Program-made: the position numbers and the translations under genes
Shown: positions 10,983 to 20,398 of the stretch, piece by piece
Layout of the letters: each line of letters begins with the position of its first letter
How positions within the stretch are numbered: the first letter of the stretch is position 1
The notes under the pieces: generated by a model
The model's input: only the letters and a program-made list of their open reading frames with translations
The model's database searches: none
What the model was told of the DNA's origin: nothing
DNA from: an uncultured Actinomycetes bacterium
Lineage (GTDB): Bacteria > Actinomycetota > Actinomycetes > S36-B12 > UBA10799
Direction: 5' to 3'
NCBI GenBank assembly: GCA_963821045.1
Contig: CAWGCB010000006.1
Span: 619,714-683,713 of the forward strand
Length of the DNA stretch: 64,000 nucleotides

Positions 10983-11839
10983 CACGTGCTTGTCTCGCGC
11001 CGAGTGCTTGCCGCGTTGGTGTCTGCACGCAGAACGATCAGGTATGGCACGGTTACCAAGCCCATCACGATGCCCCCAACGAGCGCCACAGAGGGGCGGC
11101 CAAGGAAGAACGCGTTGGCGACGATTCCGCCGACCCAAGTCCATGTCCAAAGTGCTGCCGGGACACCCTCCGGTGCGGTGCGCCGCGGTAACAGATTGAG
11201 GAAGAACATCAATACCGCACTTCCGCCAAGCCAGCCGACGTAGTTGCCCGCGGGGATGCCGTCAATGCCAGGTAAGGAGGGAGTTGGGTTGTCCCAGACC
11301 CAGTAACCCTGCGAGACCATTTGCGGGTCCAGGAACAAATCCCACGACGTCATGGCGAATGCCCCGATTGCCACCACGACCGCATAGTTCAACCGTGAGG
11401 ACGTAGTCACATGCGACGCGAGGCGTCGACTCAGCAGCAGTACCGGATAAGCGGTCATCGCCCATGCCGCCGGAATCAGCAGAGGAACGTCGGCGACTCT
11501 GGGTCCGAGCATGTCGCCGTACGTGTACGCCCCAAATGGGAACCCGGTGTTGGTGCCCACCGCCTCAAGTGTCAGCGCGAATGCGAACGTGATAGCTAGG
11601 TACCCCGCGGCCCAAGGCAGTCCGCGGTAGATCCACGCGTGTGCGACGTTTGTCCCGGCGACGACTAGGACGGTCACAATCGTCAAGGTGATGCGTGACT
11701 GCCCCTCGGCCAAAGGCCACAGGATTTGTAGCCCAATCGACAACGCCAACAGAATCCAGGGAATCCACCGCAGCCGAAACAACAGTTGTGTAGCCGTTGG
11801 TAGGGCCATCTCGCGGTCCAGATTCTGCTGATCGTTCAC
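10982..11839 (-). CDS. Carotenoid biosynthesis membrane protein (DUF422 / CruF-like 1',2'-hydratase family)
   Basis: 285-aa polytopic ORF with GFPFGAYTYGDMLGPRVADVPLLIPAAWAM and WDLFLDPQMV, resembling the PF04240 carotenoid-synthesis family. Coupled to genes on both sides. Confidence 0.7.
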   Translation of the reverse strand: MNDQQNLDREMALPTATQLLFRLRWIPWILLALSIGLQILWPLAEGQSRITLTIVTVLVVAGTNVAHAWIYRGLPWAAGYLAITFAFALTLEAVGTNTGFPFGAYTYGDMLGPRVADVPLLIPAAWAMTAYPVLLLSRRLASHVTTSSRLNYAVVVAIGAFAMTSWDLFLDPQMVSQGYWVWDNPTPSLPGIDGIPAGNYVGWLGGSAVLMFFLNLLPRRTAPEGVPAALWTWTWVGGIVANAFFLGRPSVALVGGIVMGLVTVPYLIVLRADTNAASTRRETST

Positions 11840-12549
11840 GCGGTCAGTTCCACTGGCCTATGACAGAAGTTGCCCATCGCACTGCGCACACTGAATCGAG
11901 CGAAGAGCTCTTCGGCGTACCAGCCGGTTTGTTCGGTCTGATCAACCACCTTCTGGTGTTCTGCTCCGACGGCGAATCGGCGTAGTGACGCGTTGTCCTG
12001 CCAGACAGTGAAGGTTCCTTGTAAACCAATCGGTGCCTCACCTATTCCGGTGCTCAATAGGAGCCCGCCGGTGTCGTGAGCAGCCGCTGCCACAGGTGGG
12101 ACCGCGCTGCTGAACAGACGCCACTGAGACGTCCTTACTCGAGCGCGAGTGATGGCGGCGATGGGCCCATCGCCGGGCGGCTTGCGTCCGGGGGCGAAGG
12201 GGTTCGTTCCCGACCACTGGCCGCGGCTGTGGATCGGGTCGAGCACGAAACGCGCCTTCTCGAATGAATGGTGGTCCCAATCGGTGACAACAGCGCCCTG
12301 CTCGAACACACGGACATCAGCCTCGTCGTCCCAAGCGCTGATGAGTCCCCAGTGCCGAAGGTCGGCATCGCGGACGCTGAACGATTGACCAGACCCAGTG
12401 CCGACTAGCTTGGCGAACCGCAGTCCATGACTGCGGCGAACGCCGCGCCGAGAGGTCGCCATCCGCAGTAGCGAGCCCGGCAGGCCACGCATTCCCACTC
12501 CCCACAGGTGCACCACGACCACTGGTGGGGTCTGGTTGCCCGTGCTCAT
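11836..12549 (-). CDS. Putative carotenoid oxygenase, CrtA (spheroidene monooxygenase)-like
   Basis: 237-aa ORF (VVVVHLWGV...GLRFAKLVGTGSG...SRGQWSG). It resembles, from memory, the ~240-aa CrtA-like family found beside DUF422/GT2 genes in actinobacteria. 4-nt overlap with the downstream gene. Confidence 0.45.
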   Translation of the reverse strand: MSTGNQTPPVVVVHLWGVGMRGLPGSLLRMATSRRGVRRSHGLRFAKLVGTGSGQSFSVRDADLRHWGLISAWDDEADVRVFEQGAVVTDWDHHSFEKARFVLDPIHSRGQWSGTNPFAPGRKPPGDGPIAAITRARVRTSQWRLFSSAVPPVAAAAHDTGGLLLSTGIGEAPIGLQGTFTVWQDNASLRRFAVGAEHQKVVDQTEQTGWYAEELFARFSVRSAMGNFCHRPVELTA

Positions 12550-12628
12550 AGGTCCACGCTAAACGGCCAGCAACGGATAGCTGGCGGCAACCTGCGATTT
12601 GGAGTCAGATTGATCCCTCGATATTGGC

Positions 12629-12658
12629 TTGACGGGGGCCGTTGTGCACGACTAATAT
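12629..12658 (+). promoter_or_regulatory. Near-consensus sigma-70-type promoter, probably giving a leaderless mRNA
   Basis: TTGACG (12629-12634), an 18-nt spacer, then TAATAT (12653-12658). The ATG of the next ORF is at 12665, 6 nt after the -10 box, and there is no Shine-Dalgarno sequence. Confidence 0.45.
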
Positions 12659-12664
12659 CCGAAC

Positions 12665-13153
12665 ATGTGTTCGACTCAAGCGCGTGACCTCATCCGACTA
12701 TCCATCCACGACCTTGGGCGATCAGCCCGCGAGGCTGATCCTGCCAAGCGGTTCACGGATGCCCAACTCGCTGCATTGCGGGCGGCGGCCGCGATAGTCG
12801 CTGATCGGTCCGCAGCCCAAACCCGTCCGGCTGCCACGATCGGCGATGCCGGAAATGCGGAGGTTGATGTTCGCGGAGAAGCGCCAGCTAGCCGTGGCGC
12901 GCCGCGATCGAAGGCAACGAATGTCTGGCAACTGCTCACGCGGTTCGCGCCTGAACTCTCCGAGTGGGCCGCCCTATTCAGTTTCAGCGCGGACAAACGA
13001 ATGTCGGTGAATGCGGGCACTGCCGCCGTGAGCGCACGGGAGGCGGACGACAGTCTGCGTGATTCCGCAACATTCGTCTCGCGAGTCGCGGCACTGCTCG
13101 GTCTCGGGACGAGACAACTCGATCTATCCACCCAGTTTCTTGTGGCGACCTAG
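12665..13153 (+). CDS. Hypothetical protein, SAV_6107-like HEPN-domain family
   Basis: 162-aa ORF with RFTDAQLAALRAAAAIVA...VWQLLTRFAPELSEWAALFSFSADKR...VSAREADDSLRD. This matches my recollection of that actinobacterial family. Function unknown. Confidence 0.5.
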   Translation: MCSTQARDLIRLSIHDLGRSAREADPAKRFTDAQLAALRAAAAIVADRSAAQTRPAATIGDAGNAEVDVRGEAPASRGAPRSKATNVWQLLTRFAPELSEWAALFSFSADKRMSVNAGTAAVSAREADDSLRDSATFVSRVAALLGLGTRQLDLSTQFLVAT

Positions 13154-13261
13154 GGGCGAGTCTCACCGAAGGGGCGACGGTTCAGCAATCAGGGAGTCCA
13201 TGCGATCACTCGTCGGAGTGGTGGTCATGCGTGACAGTTCGCACAGTGAGAGAGTGTTGCC

Positions 13262-14899
13262 ATGGCTGAACGAGAGTCCAATCGCCCGAGCTTGCGCCTG
13301 ATTGCTGGTGAGTTGGTCAACAACCTTGCCCATGATGTTGTGGAGATCGCTGAGGTTGCGCTCACTGGCAAGATGCCGCAGGAGCCACCCACCGAATCGC
13401 AGGGTCCAACCGCTCGCCCCGACGGTGGTCGCAAGCCACGTATCGCGGTCATTGGCGGCGGCATAGCTGGGCTCGCGGCGGCCTGGTCGCTGGTGAACGA
13501 CCGCAAGGTCGAGGCAGATGTGACAATCTTCGAATCTTCTGGGGAGGTTGGCGGCAAGCTCGCGCTGACTGAAGTCGAGGGGATCACCCTAGATGCTGGC
13601 GCGGAGTCGCTGCTCGCCGTTAGACCGGAGGCAGTTGCCTTAGCCAAAGCGGTGGGATTGAGTTCGTCGATCGTCCACCCAACAACTACCAGCGCGAACG
13701 TCGTGTCACGAGGTTCTTTGCACCCGCTGCCGACTGGGCTGATGTCAGGGATTCCAACGGACATGAAGTCGCTGGCCGCTAGCGACATCATCAGTGTTCC
13801 AGGACTGCTGCGCATCCCACTGGACTACGTGCTGCCTAAGACTGCCCTCACAGGCGACGTCTCCATCGGAGATTTTGTCACAACCAGAGTTGGCCGTGAG
13901 GTTGTCGAGCGACTAGTCGAGCCGATGCTGGGCGGGGTATACGCCGGATGGGCGGACGATTTGAGCCTCGAGATGACCGTTCCGGCACTGTACCGGCTAG
14001 CCAAGAACGAGCGCTCACTGCTGGTGGCCGCCACTGAGGCGCGAGCGACAGGCGCCTCGCCCACTGGTGCAAGACGCGGCGGTGCGGTATTTGCTGGGAT
14101 CTCCGGGGGAGTGGGTCGGCTACCGCTCGCGCTCGCCGACCGCTTAGCTCACCGTGGGGTAACGATCGAGGTGGATTCCCCGGTGTCGGCATTGCGTAAG
14201 ACAGCGAGTGGCTGGCGGGTTTCTGTACGGATTGACGGGCGTTCTCACCCCAGGGACTTTGACGCGGTCGTGTTGGCTACTCCCGCGCCCATTTCAGCCA
14301 AGCTCCTTCGCAAGGCCAATCCAGGCGCCTCGGAACTGTTGGACACGGTGAAGTACGCATCGGTTGCGCTGACTACGCTCCTTTACGACCCGCAGGATGT
14401 GCCGACAAGTTTGTCGGGAAGTGGCTTCCTCGTCCCTCCGGTTGAGGGTTACTCGATCAAGGCCGCAACATACTCGTCACGGAAGTGGTCATGGGTCGCG
14501 CGAGCGGGGGCGTCTGCCAAAGATTCCAAGGGCCATAAGCGGAGCGTGGTGATCGTTCGAGCATCACTTGGGCGCTTCAACGAACCGGAAATTTTGAACC
14601 ACACCGATGCCGAACTTGCAGCAGTTGCTGCAAAGGACTTGTACAAGATCTGCGGTCTGGGGCCCAAGCCCATCGCGAGCGCCGTGACCCGGTGGGATGA
14701 CTCGCTGCCGCAGTACACAGTCGGACACCGCGGCCGAATTACGAACGTCCGCGAGGAGTTGGTCTCGACACCTGGCGTCACGGTTTGCGGGGCTGCCTAC
14801 GATGGGGTTGGAATCCCCGCATGTATTGGATCCGCGCAGTTCGCTGCCGGGCAAATAGTTAGCTACCTCGACGAACAGGGACGGTTGGCTCATGGCTGA
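13262..14899 (+). CDS. hemY: Protoporphyrinogen/coproporphyrinogen III oxidase (HemY/CgoX)
   Basis: FAD fold RIAVIGGGIAGLAAAW...IFESSGEVGGK, with C-terminal VTVCGAAYDGVGIPACIGSA. The longest ORF starts at 13262. An in-frame ATG at 13373 would remove an atypical ~37-aa N-terminal extension. Confidence 0.85.
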   Translation: MAERESNRPSLRLIAGELVNNLAHDVVEIAEVALTGKMPQEPPTESQGPTARPDGGRKPRIAVIGGGIAGLAAAWSLVNDRKVEADVTIFESSGEVGGKLALTEVEGITLDAGAESLLAVRPEAVALAKAVGLSSSIVHPTTTSANVVSRGSLHPLPTGLMSGIPTDMKSLAASDIISVPGLLRIPLDYVLPKTALTGDVSIGDFVTTRVGREVVERLVEPMLGGVYAGWADDLSLEMTVPALYRLAKNERSLLVAATEARATGASPTGARRGGAVFAGISGGVGRLPLALADRLAHRGVTIEVDSPVSALRKTASGWRVSVRIDGRSHPRDFDAVVLATPAPISAKLLRKANPGASELLDTVKYASVALTTLLYDPQDVPTSLSGSGFLVPPVEGYSIKAATYSSRKWSWVARAGASAKDSKGHKRSVVIVRASLGRFNEPEILNHTDAELAAVAAKDLYKICGLGPKPIASAVTRWDDSLPQYTVGHRGRITNVREELVSTPGVTVCGAAYDGVGIPACIGSAQFAAGQIVSYLDEQGRLAHG

Positions 14900-15611
14900 T
14901 TCGACGGACGCGACGCCCAAGAAACCCAAAGCGCGTGATCTGAACAGCGTTATTCGATACACAATGTGGTCGGTATTCAAGGTCGACCGCAAGACTCTCA
15001 ATAGTCCGGCCGAGCAGCTAGCCGGGCAGGTGAACGATCTGCTTGACGAACTTGCGCGCGACGAGGATGTCGCACTGCGTGGTTGGTACGACGTGGCCGG
15101 CTTTCGAGCAGATGCCGACGTCATGTTGTGGACGCACGCACCGAGTAGCGACGCGCTTCAGAACCTGTACAACAAACTGCTGTCCACTGACCTTGGAGCG
15201 AGCCTAAGCGGAGTCTGGTCGCAGATGGCGCTGCATCGCCCCGCCGAGTTCAACAAGTCGCACGTGCCAGCTTTCCTAGCCGAGGAGCATGCTCGGGACT
15301 ACGTGAGTGTGTACCCGTTTGTCCGTTCATTCGAGTGGTATCTACTGCCGGATGCCGAGCGACGTGAACTGCTAGCGGAGCACGGTCAAATGGGTCGTGG
15401 CTACCCGGACGTTAGGGCCAACACCGTCCCCGCGTTCGCCCTCGGCGACTATGAGTGGATCTTGGCGTTTGAGGCAGATGATCTAGACCGGATTGTTGAT
15501 CTCATGCGCCACTTGCGGGCATCAAGAGCACGGCTACATGTGCGCGAGGAGATCCCCTTCTACACGGGGAAGCGAAGGGATCTCGGAGACTACCTCTCAG
15601 CAATAAGCTAG
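14892..15611 (+). CDS. hemQ: Coproheme decarboxylase (HemQ/ChdC, chlorite dismutase-like)
   Basis: 239-aa ORF overlapping the hemY stop by 8 nt. Conserved hemY-hemQ pairing of actinobacteria. Sequence IRYTMWSVFKV...VYPFVRSFEWYLLP. Confidence 0.8.
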   Translation: MADSTDATPKKPKARDLNSVIRYTMWSVFKVDRKTLNSPAEQLAGQVNDLLDELARDEDVALRGWYDVAGFRADADVMLWTHAPSSDALQNLYNKLLSTDLGASLSGVWSQMALHRPAEFNKSHVPAFLAEEHARDYVSVYPFVRSFEWYLLPDAERRELLAEHGQMGRGYPDVRANTVPAFALGDYEWILAFEADDLDRIVDLMRHLRASRARLHVREEIPFYTGKRRDLGDYLSAIS

Positions 15612-15684
15612 CTATTGTGGGACTCCGGCTGGGGTGGGACGAGTGAATGCCGTAACTAGATTCATAGGTAAGTGGAGGCGAGTG

Positions 15685-16149
15685 ATGGGCAGCAGCACAC
15701 CGGCGAGTGACGGACCCGTGCGACCAGACGGGACCGCCTACCCAGATGCCAGAGCAGAGATCGAGTGGACCTCGAAGCTCGCGAAGGACGAGTACTACGT
15801 GCTGAGGGAATCCGGCACTGAACCGCCTTTCATCGGCCAGTACACGGACACGAAGACACCGGGGACCTACCGTTGTCGTGCGTGTCAAGCACCGCTGTTC
15901 TCGTCAGAGGCGAAGTTCGACTCGCATTGCGGGTGGCCCTCCTTCTTCACGCCGCTCGCAGGCGACTCGGTCGTTCTGCTTGAGGATCGTTCGCTTATGT
16001 CCACCCGCACTGAGGCAAGGTGCGCAAACTGCGGCTCACACCTCGGGCACGTGTTCGAGGGGGAGGGCTACCCGACTCCGACGGACCAACGGTGGTGCAT
16101 CAACTCCATCAGTCTCACCTTGGACGAGGACGCCGAAGCCAACGGGTAG
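15685..16149 (+). CDS. msrB: Peptide-methionine (R)-S-oxide reductase
   Basis: Two CxxC pairs and the catalytic region (CRACQAPLF, HCGWPSF, CANCGSHLGHVFEGEG). GGAGG lies 6 nt upstream of the ATG at 15685. The ORF is open from 15634. Confidence 0.9.
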   Translation: MGSSTPASDGPVRPDGTAYPDARAEIEWTSKLAKDEYYVLRESGTEPPFIGQYTDTKTPGTYRCRACQAPLFSSEAKFDSHCGWPSFFTPLAGDSVVLLEDRSLMSTRTEARCANCGSHLGHVFEGEGYPTPTDQRWCINSISLTLDEDAEANG

Positions 16150-16248
16150 GTTGCGACGCGACCGCCACTGCTTTTGGGTGAACCTACTAGCCACTGTGCG
16201 ATGTTTCGTTCAAGTTAGGGCATTTTCAGGGGTAAGATCCTTCTCGAG

Positions 16249-16992
16249 GTGATCATGGTGACCCCCCGTGGAGATGGACTGTCGGATCCGCGTGACAAGA
16301 TCGACTCTGTGTTGGATCGATCAGAGGCATCCGAGTTCCGCAGAGATGTGCGGGAGCGCACTCTTGCGCTCGCCCATGAGCAAGTACTGCTCGTCGGTTG
16401 GGATCAACTTCGCGTTGGCAAGATTGCTTCGGAAATCGGTGTCAGCCGGCCAACTATCTACGCGGAGTTTGGAAACAAAGACGGAATCGCCAGGGCCCTT
16501 GTTGCTCAGCAGACGCAGCGATACCTGACAGGAGTGACTGACCGTCTTTCGCGCTACAGCGACGAGCCAGTCGAGGCGTTCAGAGTCGCTATGCGTTACA
16601 CATTCGCCGAGGCTCGGCGAGATCCACTGCTGCGCGCCATTCTCGTCTCGTCGGAGTCAGCGGGTGACCCGATGCTGCCGCGGGCCGTGACACGCGATCG
16701 GCCAGTCTTTTACATCGCCACCGAAACGCTATTCGAGTGGTCGGTCGCTCGCTATCCGACGATCCCGGTCGAACCATTGCGCGATGTAATCGACACTCTG
16801 GTCAGGCTGGTGATCAGTCATCTCGTGTTCGCTGGTCCGCGACCCACCAAGGTGATCCACAAACTGACCGACGTCGCTGAGTGCCTCTACCGCGATCAAC
16901 TTGGCCAACCCGAAATTCTGATCGCTGTGCCACTGTGTCACGGGGTTGTTCGCTCGCTTGATGGGCACGAGCCACCAACGAAGTCGTCCTGA
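16249..16992 (+). CDS. TetR-family transcriptional regulator
   Basis: N-terminal HTH LRVGKIASEIGVSRPTIYAEFGNKDGIARAL. The 3' end overlaps the convergent ORF, so the exact C-terminus is uncertain. Confidence 0.75.
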   Translation: MIMVTPRGDGLSDPRDKIDSVLDRSEASEFRRDVRERTLALAHEQVLLVGWDQLRVGKIASEIGVSRPTIYAEFGNKDGIARALVAQQTQRYLTGVTDRLSRYSDEPVEAFRVAMRYTFAEARRDPLLRAILVSSESAGDPMLPRAVTRDRPVFYIATETLFEWSVARYPTIPVEPLRDVIDTLVRLVISHLVFAGPRPTKVIHKLTDVAECLYRDQLGQPEILIAVPLCHGVVRSLDGHEPPTKSS

Positions 16993-19195
16993 GAAGCCAC
17001 TGGCAGTGCGAACGGTTGCAGCGTCTTCGGCGGCAAGGCCCCAGGCGATCTGACTCTCTTCCGTGCTCGGTCGGTCTGTGCCGTACAGGGCCTTTTCGGA
17101 GATCGCCCCGAGTTGGCGCAATGTTGGGCTGGCAAACACGACTTCGTTTGCCCGGTCGGTGCCGGTGTCGGTGTCGATTGAGCGATCCGCGTCATCCTCG
17201 CGGTTGTTGACGATTAGCGGATCCCCGACGGCAGCGCTGTGCGGAGAGATCGGTGTTGGTGCTCGAAGGTGTTCGCGCACAGAGCGGGACCAGACCCATG
17301 GCCCGAATGAAACATCAGGCCCGGACGTGTCGTCGGATTCTGGGCGGCCGCGCTCCAGGCTGGACCGTAGCCGCGTACAGCGGATCCGTACGTAGACGAT
17401 CCATAGCACCGCGCCGACACCGAGAATGGCCAGAGCAGCGATTGCGACACCGAGGATGTTCCCGTCGGAATCGGTGGCCGTGTTCCGGCGCTGGCTCGGG
17501 TTCGGGAGCAGGCGGATCAAATGGATTCGGAACGATGTCGTCGGATTGCAGGACCGGTAGCGGAATGCCCGCACGCGCGTCCTTCGGGCCGGGCGCGAAC
17601 GCGACCCAACCCACGCCAGTCAGATTGACCTCGGGCCAGACGATTGCGTCGAGGGTGGTGACCTTTCCGCCCTTGTCCGTCGGCAACTTGAAACCGGTGA
17701 CCATTCGGGTCGAGTAGCCCTGAGTCCGCGCCATGATGGCAAACGCGGACGCATACTGCGCGGCGGTTCCGACCCGAGTCTCGTTAACGAGGCGGTCCAT
17801 AGCGGCGTAGCTGAACAGGTCGCTTGACGTGACTGATGGATTAACTCGGTACGCGCTCGTTCCCAGACTGTCGGCCAGAGCGGTGAGCTTGGAATACGGT
17901 GTGGAGCCGACCAGGTTGTTCGCGGCGAACTCCTCCAGCTCCGTTGGGACACCAGGCGGGAGTGTGTTGGCGGCGTCGTACTGACCAGCGTCGGCGATCT
18001 TGGCGTTGGTTAGCGGTTTGGTGGACTTCAGCGCCAGTGTGGACGAGGTCGTGGAGTACACGAGGTCAGCGGCAATCGCGCTGTTTGCGATCACATCGCC
18101 ATCAGGGTTCACTCTGACCGCGAGGCCATCTACTTCAGTGGCGCGCAGGAAGGTCGGCAGCCACGGGCCCGGTAGTTTCTCCGTGGTGTCGATGGTCGTG
18201 GTGACGGTGCGCGTAAGTTGCGGGCCGGGCCCCTCGTAGGGCAGCGGGTTCTTCACCGACTCGTAAGTTCGGATCGAGTTCCATCCAGCGCCGCTGTACG
18301 TCTCAGCCGTCGTCCACCACAGTGCCGACGGCAGGCCGGTTCCGGTGGCTTCCAGTAGTGGCGTCGCGGTCAACGCCCCGAATGACTGCCAGGCGGTGAT
18401 CTCGAGCAGTGGATCCACGTCAGTCTGTGGTCGGAAGTTGCTCGTTTGGTGCGGGTCGAACGGCTCGCGCTGCGTCCCCAGGCCGGTAGCTTGGGCGGCC
18501 AGCACCGCGGCGATGGCGATACCGGCAGCGATCACCGACACCACGACCGAGTAGACGATGGTCCCCGCGCCGACCTTCGTCTGAGCCTCCGCGAACTCGA
18601 CTCCGTCGCTGATGGCGTTCGCTGACCCACTTGTCGGAATGAGGTAGAGCAGGACCAGTGCCGCGAGCGCAAAGGCCAAGCCAGTGCTGGTCGCGGTGGC
18701 AAGTGAACCCTGGCTCAACGCGGTCGCGCCGAGGAAGAGCAGGAATGCCGGAATCAGTGCCGTGGCTGGGGCCTTTGTGCAGGCGAGCAAACATGCCACG
18801 ACGGTGGCGTATCCGCTGAAAACGATCGCAGCGGTCACGGTCTCGGCGTTGGTCGGGGCCGGGACGGGAGATTGCAGCAGGATCCCTAGGCCCTCCACGA
18901 CCCCTTTGAAGAGGGACCCGGGGTTGACGTTTCCGGCCGAGTCGGGCAGCGTCATCGCTCCAAGAACGAGTCCCGTAACGAAGGTCGCGCCAAGCGCCAG
19001 CAGTGCGCCAGCACCTCTGGCGATTCGTCGGCCGCCGGCCGTGCCGATCGCGAAGGCTGCCGCGACCACAATGATCGCTGGGATGATCCGCGTCAATGTT
19101 GGGATCGGGCCCAGTAATCGCCACCACGCTGACGCAGCGGCGACGCACACCAGCATCGCCGCAAAGCTACGACGCCAAATATCGGCCTTAGTCAC
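16729..19195 (-). CDS. Transglutaminase-like membrane protein (TgpA-like), frame broken once; 3' end uncertain
   Basis: Fragments 17315-19195 and 16729-17574 join near ~17480 (+1). It has an N-terminal multi-TM block and a TGase-core-like segment (GTAAQYASAFAIMARTQGYSTRMVTGFK ... DAIVWPEV...GWVAFAPGP). After the join comes a late TM helix and a tail. The open frame runs 264 nt into the TetR gene, so the true stop is probably earlier. Confidence 0.7.
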
Positions 19196-20357
19196 GGTCC
19201 ACCTCGGGCCCGCTCGCGAGGTGGACTCGTCAACTCAGCCAGGGTGTCGACGTCCAACGAGTCAATCACGGTCAACGAGCGCTGCCGGACGATCTGCCCA
19301 CGAGGCGAGCCCAGTCGGTACACGGTCGTCTGGCTGAACGTACTTCGCAGCCCGGAGGCGGAGGTAAGTAGCACGTTGGATGACCCAGTTGCCGCGACCA
19401 TGGCACTTGCACGGGCCCGAACCGCGACGGTGCGCAACCAGGCGGGGGCCACTGGTTGATCTTCAAGGCCTACCGTCAACAGGTGGTCCATGAGTCGCGG
19501 GATGTCCTCTGGTCGGGCAACCTCGACCGGGGGTGACTTTGGCCGACCGCGACCGTCATCGGCACGCCCGTGGCGACGATGGCGTTCGCCAAAGACGCCG
19601 TGACATCCACGGCCGACTCGAAGTCAGCCTCCTCGGCGTAGCTGCTGCGGTCGCAGTCGCAGAACAGCAACAGCCGGGGCTGAGGGCTGTCCACCATCTG
19701 TTTGACGACCAGCGTCCCAGTCCGGGCACTTGACGGCCAGTGGATTTTGCGGAGCTCATCACCGGCTACGTACTCGCGCAACGTATGGAAGCGGTCCGCG
19801 CCTGCAGCCACGTCGGCGGCACCCGCGTCTCGGCTAAGTCGCCCGACGATGTCTGGTGCTGCCATCGCGATCAGCTTCGGGTAGACACAAATCTCTGCCT
19901 GACCCCCGACCAGCCGGGAGCGCCGAAAGATTCCCCACGCATCGCGTCGGGTGAGCGTCGCTGGGCCAACTGGTAGGTAGCCGCGGCGACTCGTGACGAA
20001 GCGGTAGCTAGCCTCGCTCGACCCTCGCGGCGGGGTAAACGGAATCGTTACGTCGATGCTCAAATGCCCGATTGCGTCAGTAGCGTCGATGGGAGCTGAC
20101 GGCAGCGGGCTGCGGTTGTGCTTGGTGAGTACGACTGTCGCGGGCTGACCTCGAGTGACCTTGACCGGATCCACATATCGCTCCACGACCGACGTCGGTG
20201 GCTTTGCCACCAGTGCAGCCGACAGCACCAAGACGATTCCGAAGCCAAAGGCAATTACCGCGATGACGGGATAGCCCATCCACCATGACAGCCCGGCCAG
20301 CAACGGAATGCTGACCAACAGTCCTATTGCGCGGCCGGTCATCTGAACTCCCTTCAC
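19192..20357 (-). CDS. DUF58-domain protein; frame broken once
   Basis: Fragments 19476-20357 and 19192-19491. DUF58 signature LREYVAGDELRKIHWPSSARTGTLVVKQ. There is a -1 break at the G5 run 19528-19532. 4-nt overlap with the downstream transglutaminase-like gene. Confidence 0.8.
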
Positions 20358-20398
20358 ACCATCCGTGAGTCAATACTGCGTGCGGCGTTCGGCGAGAT

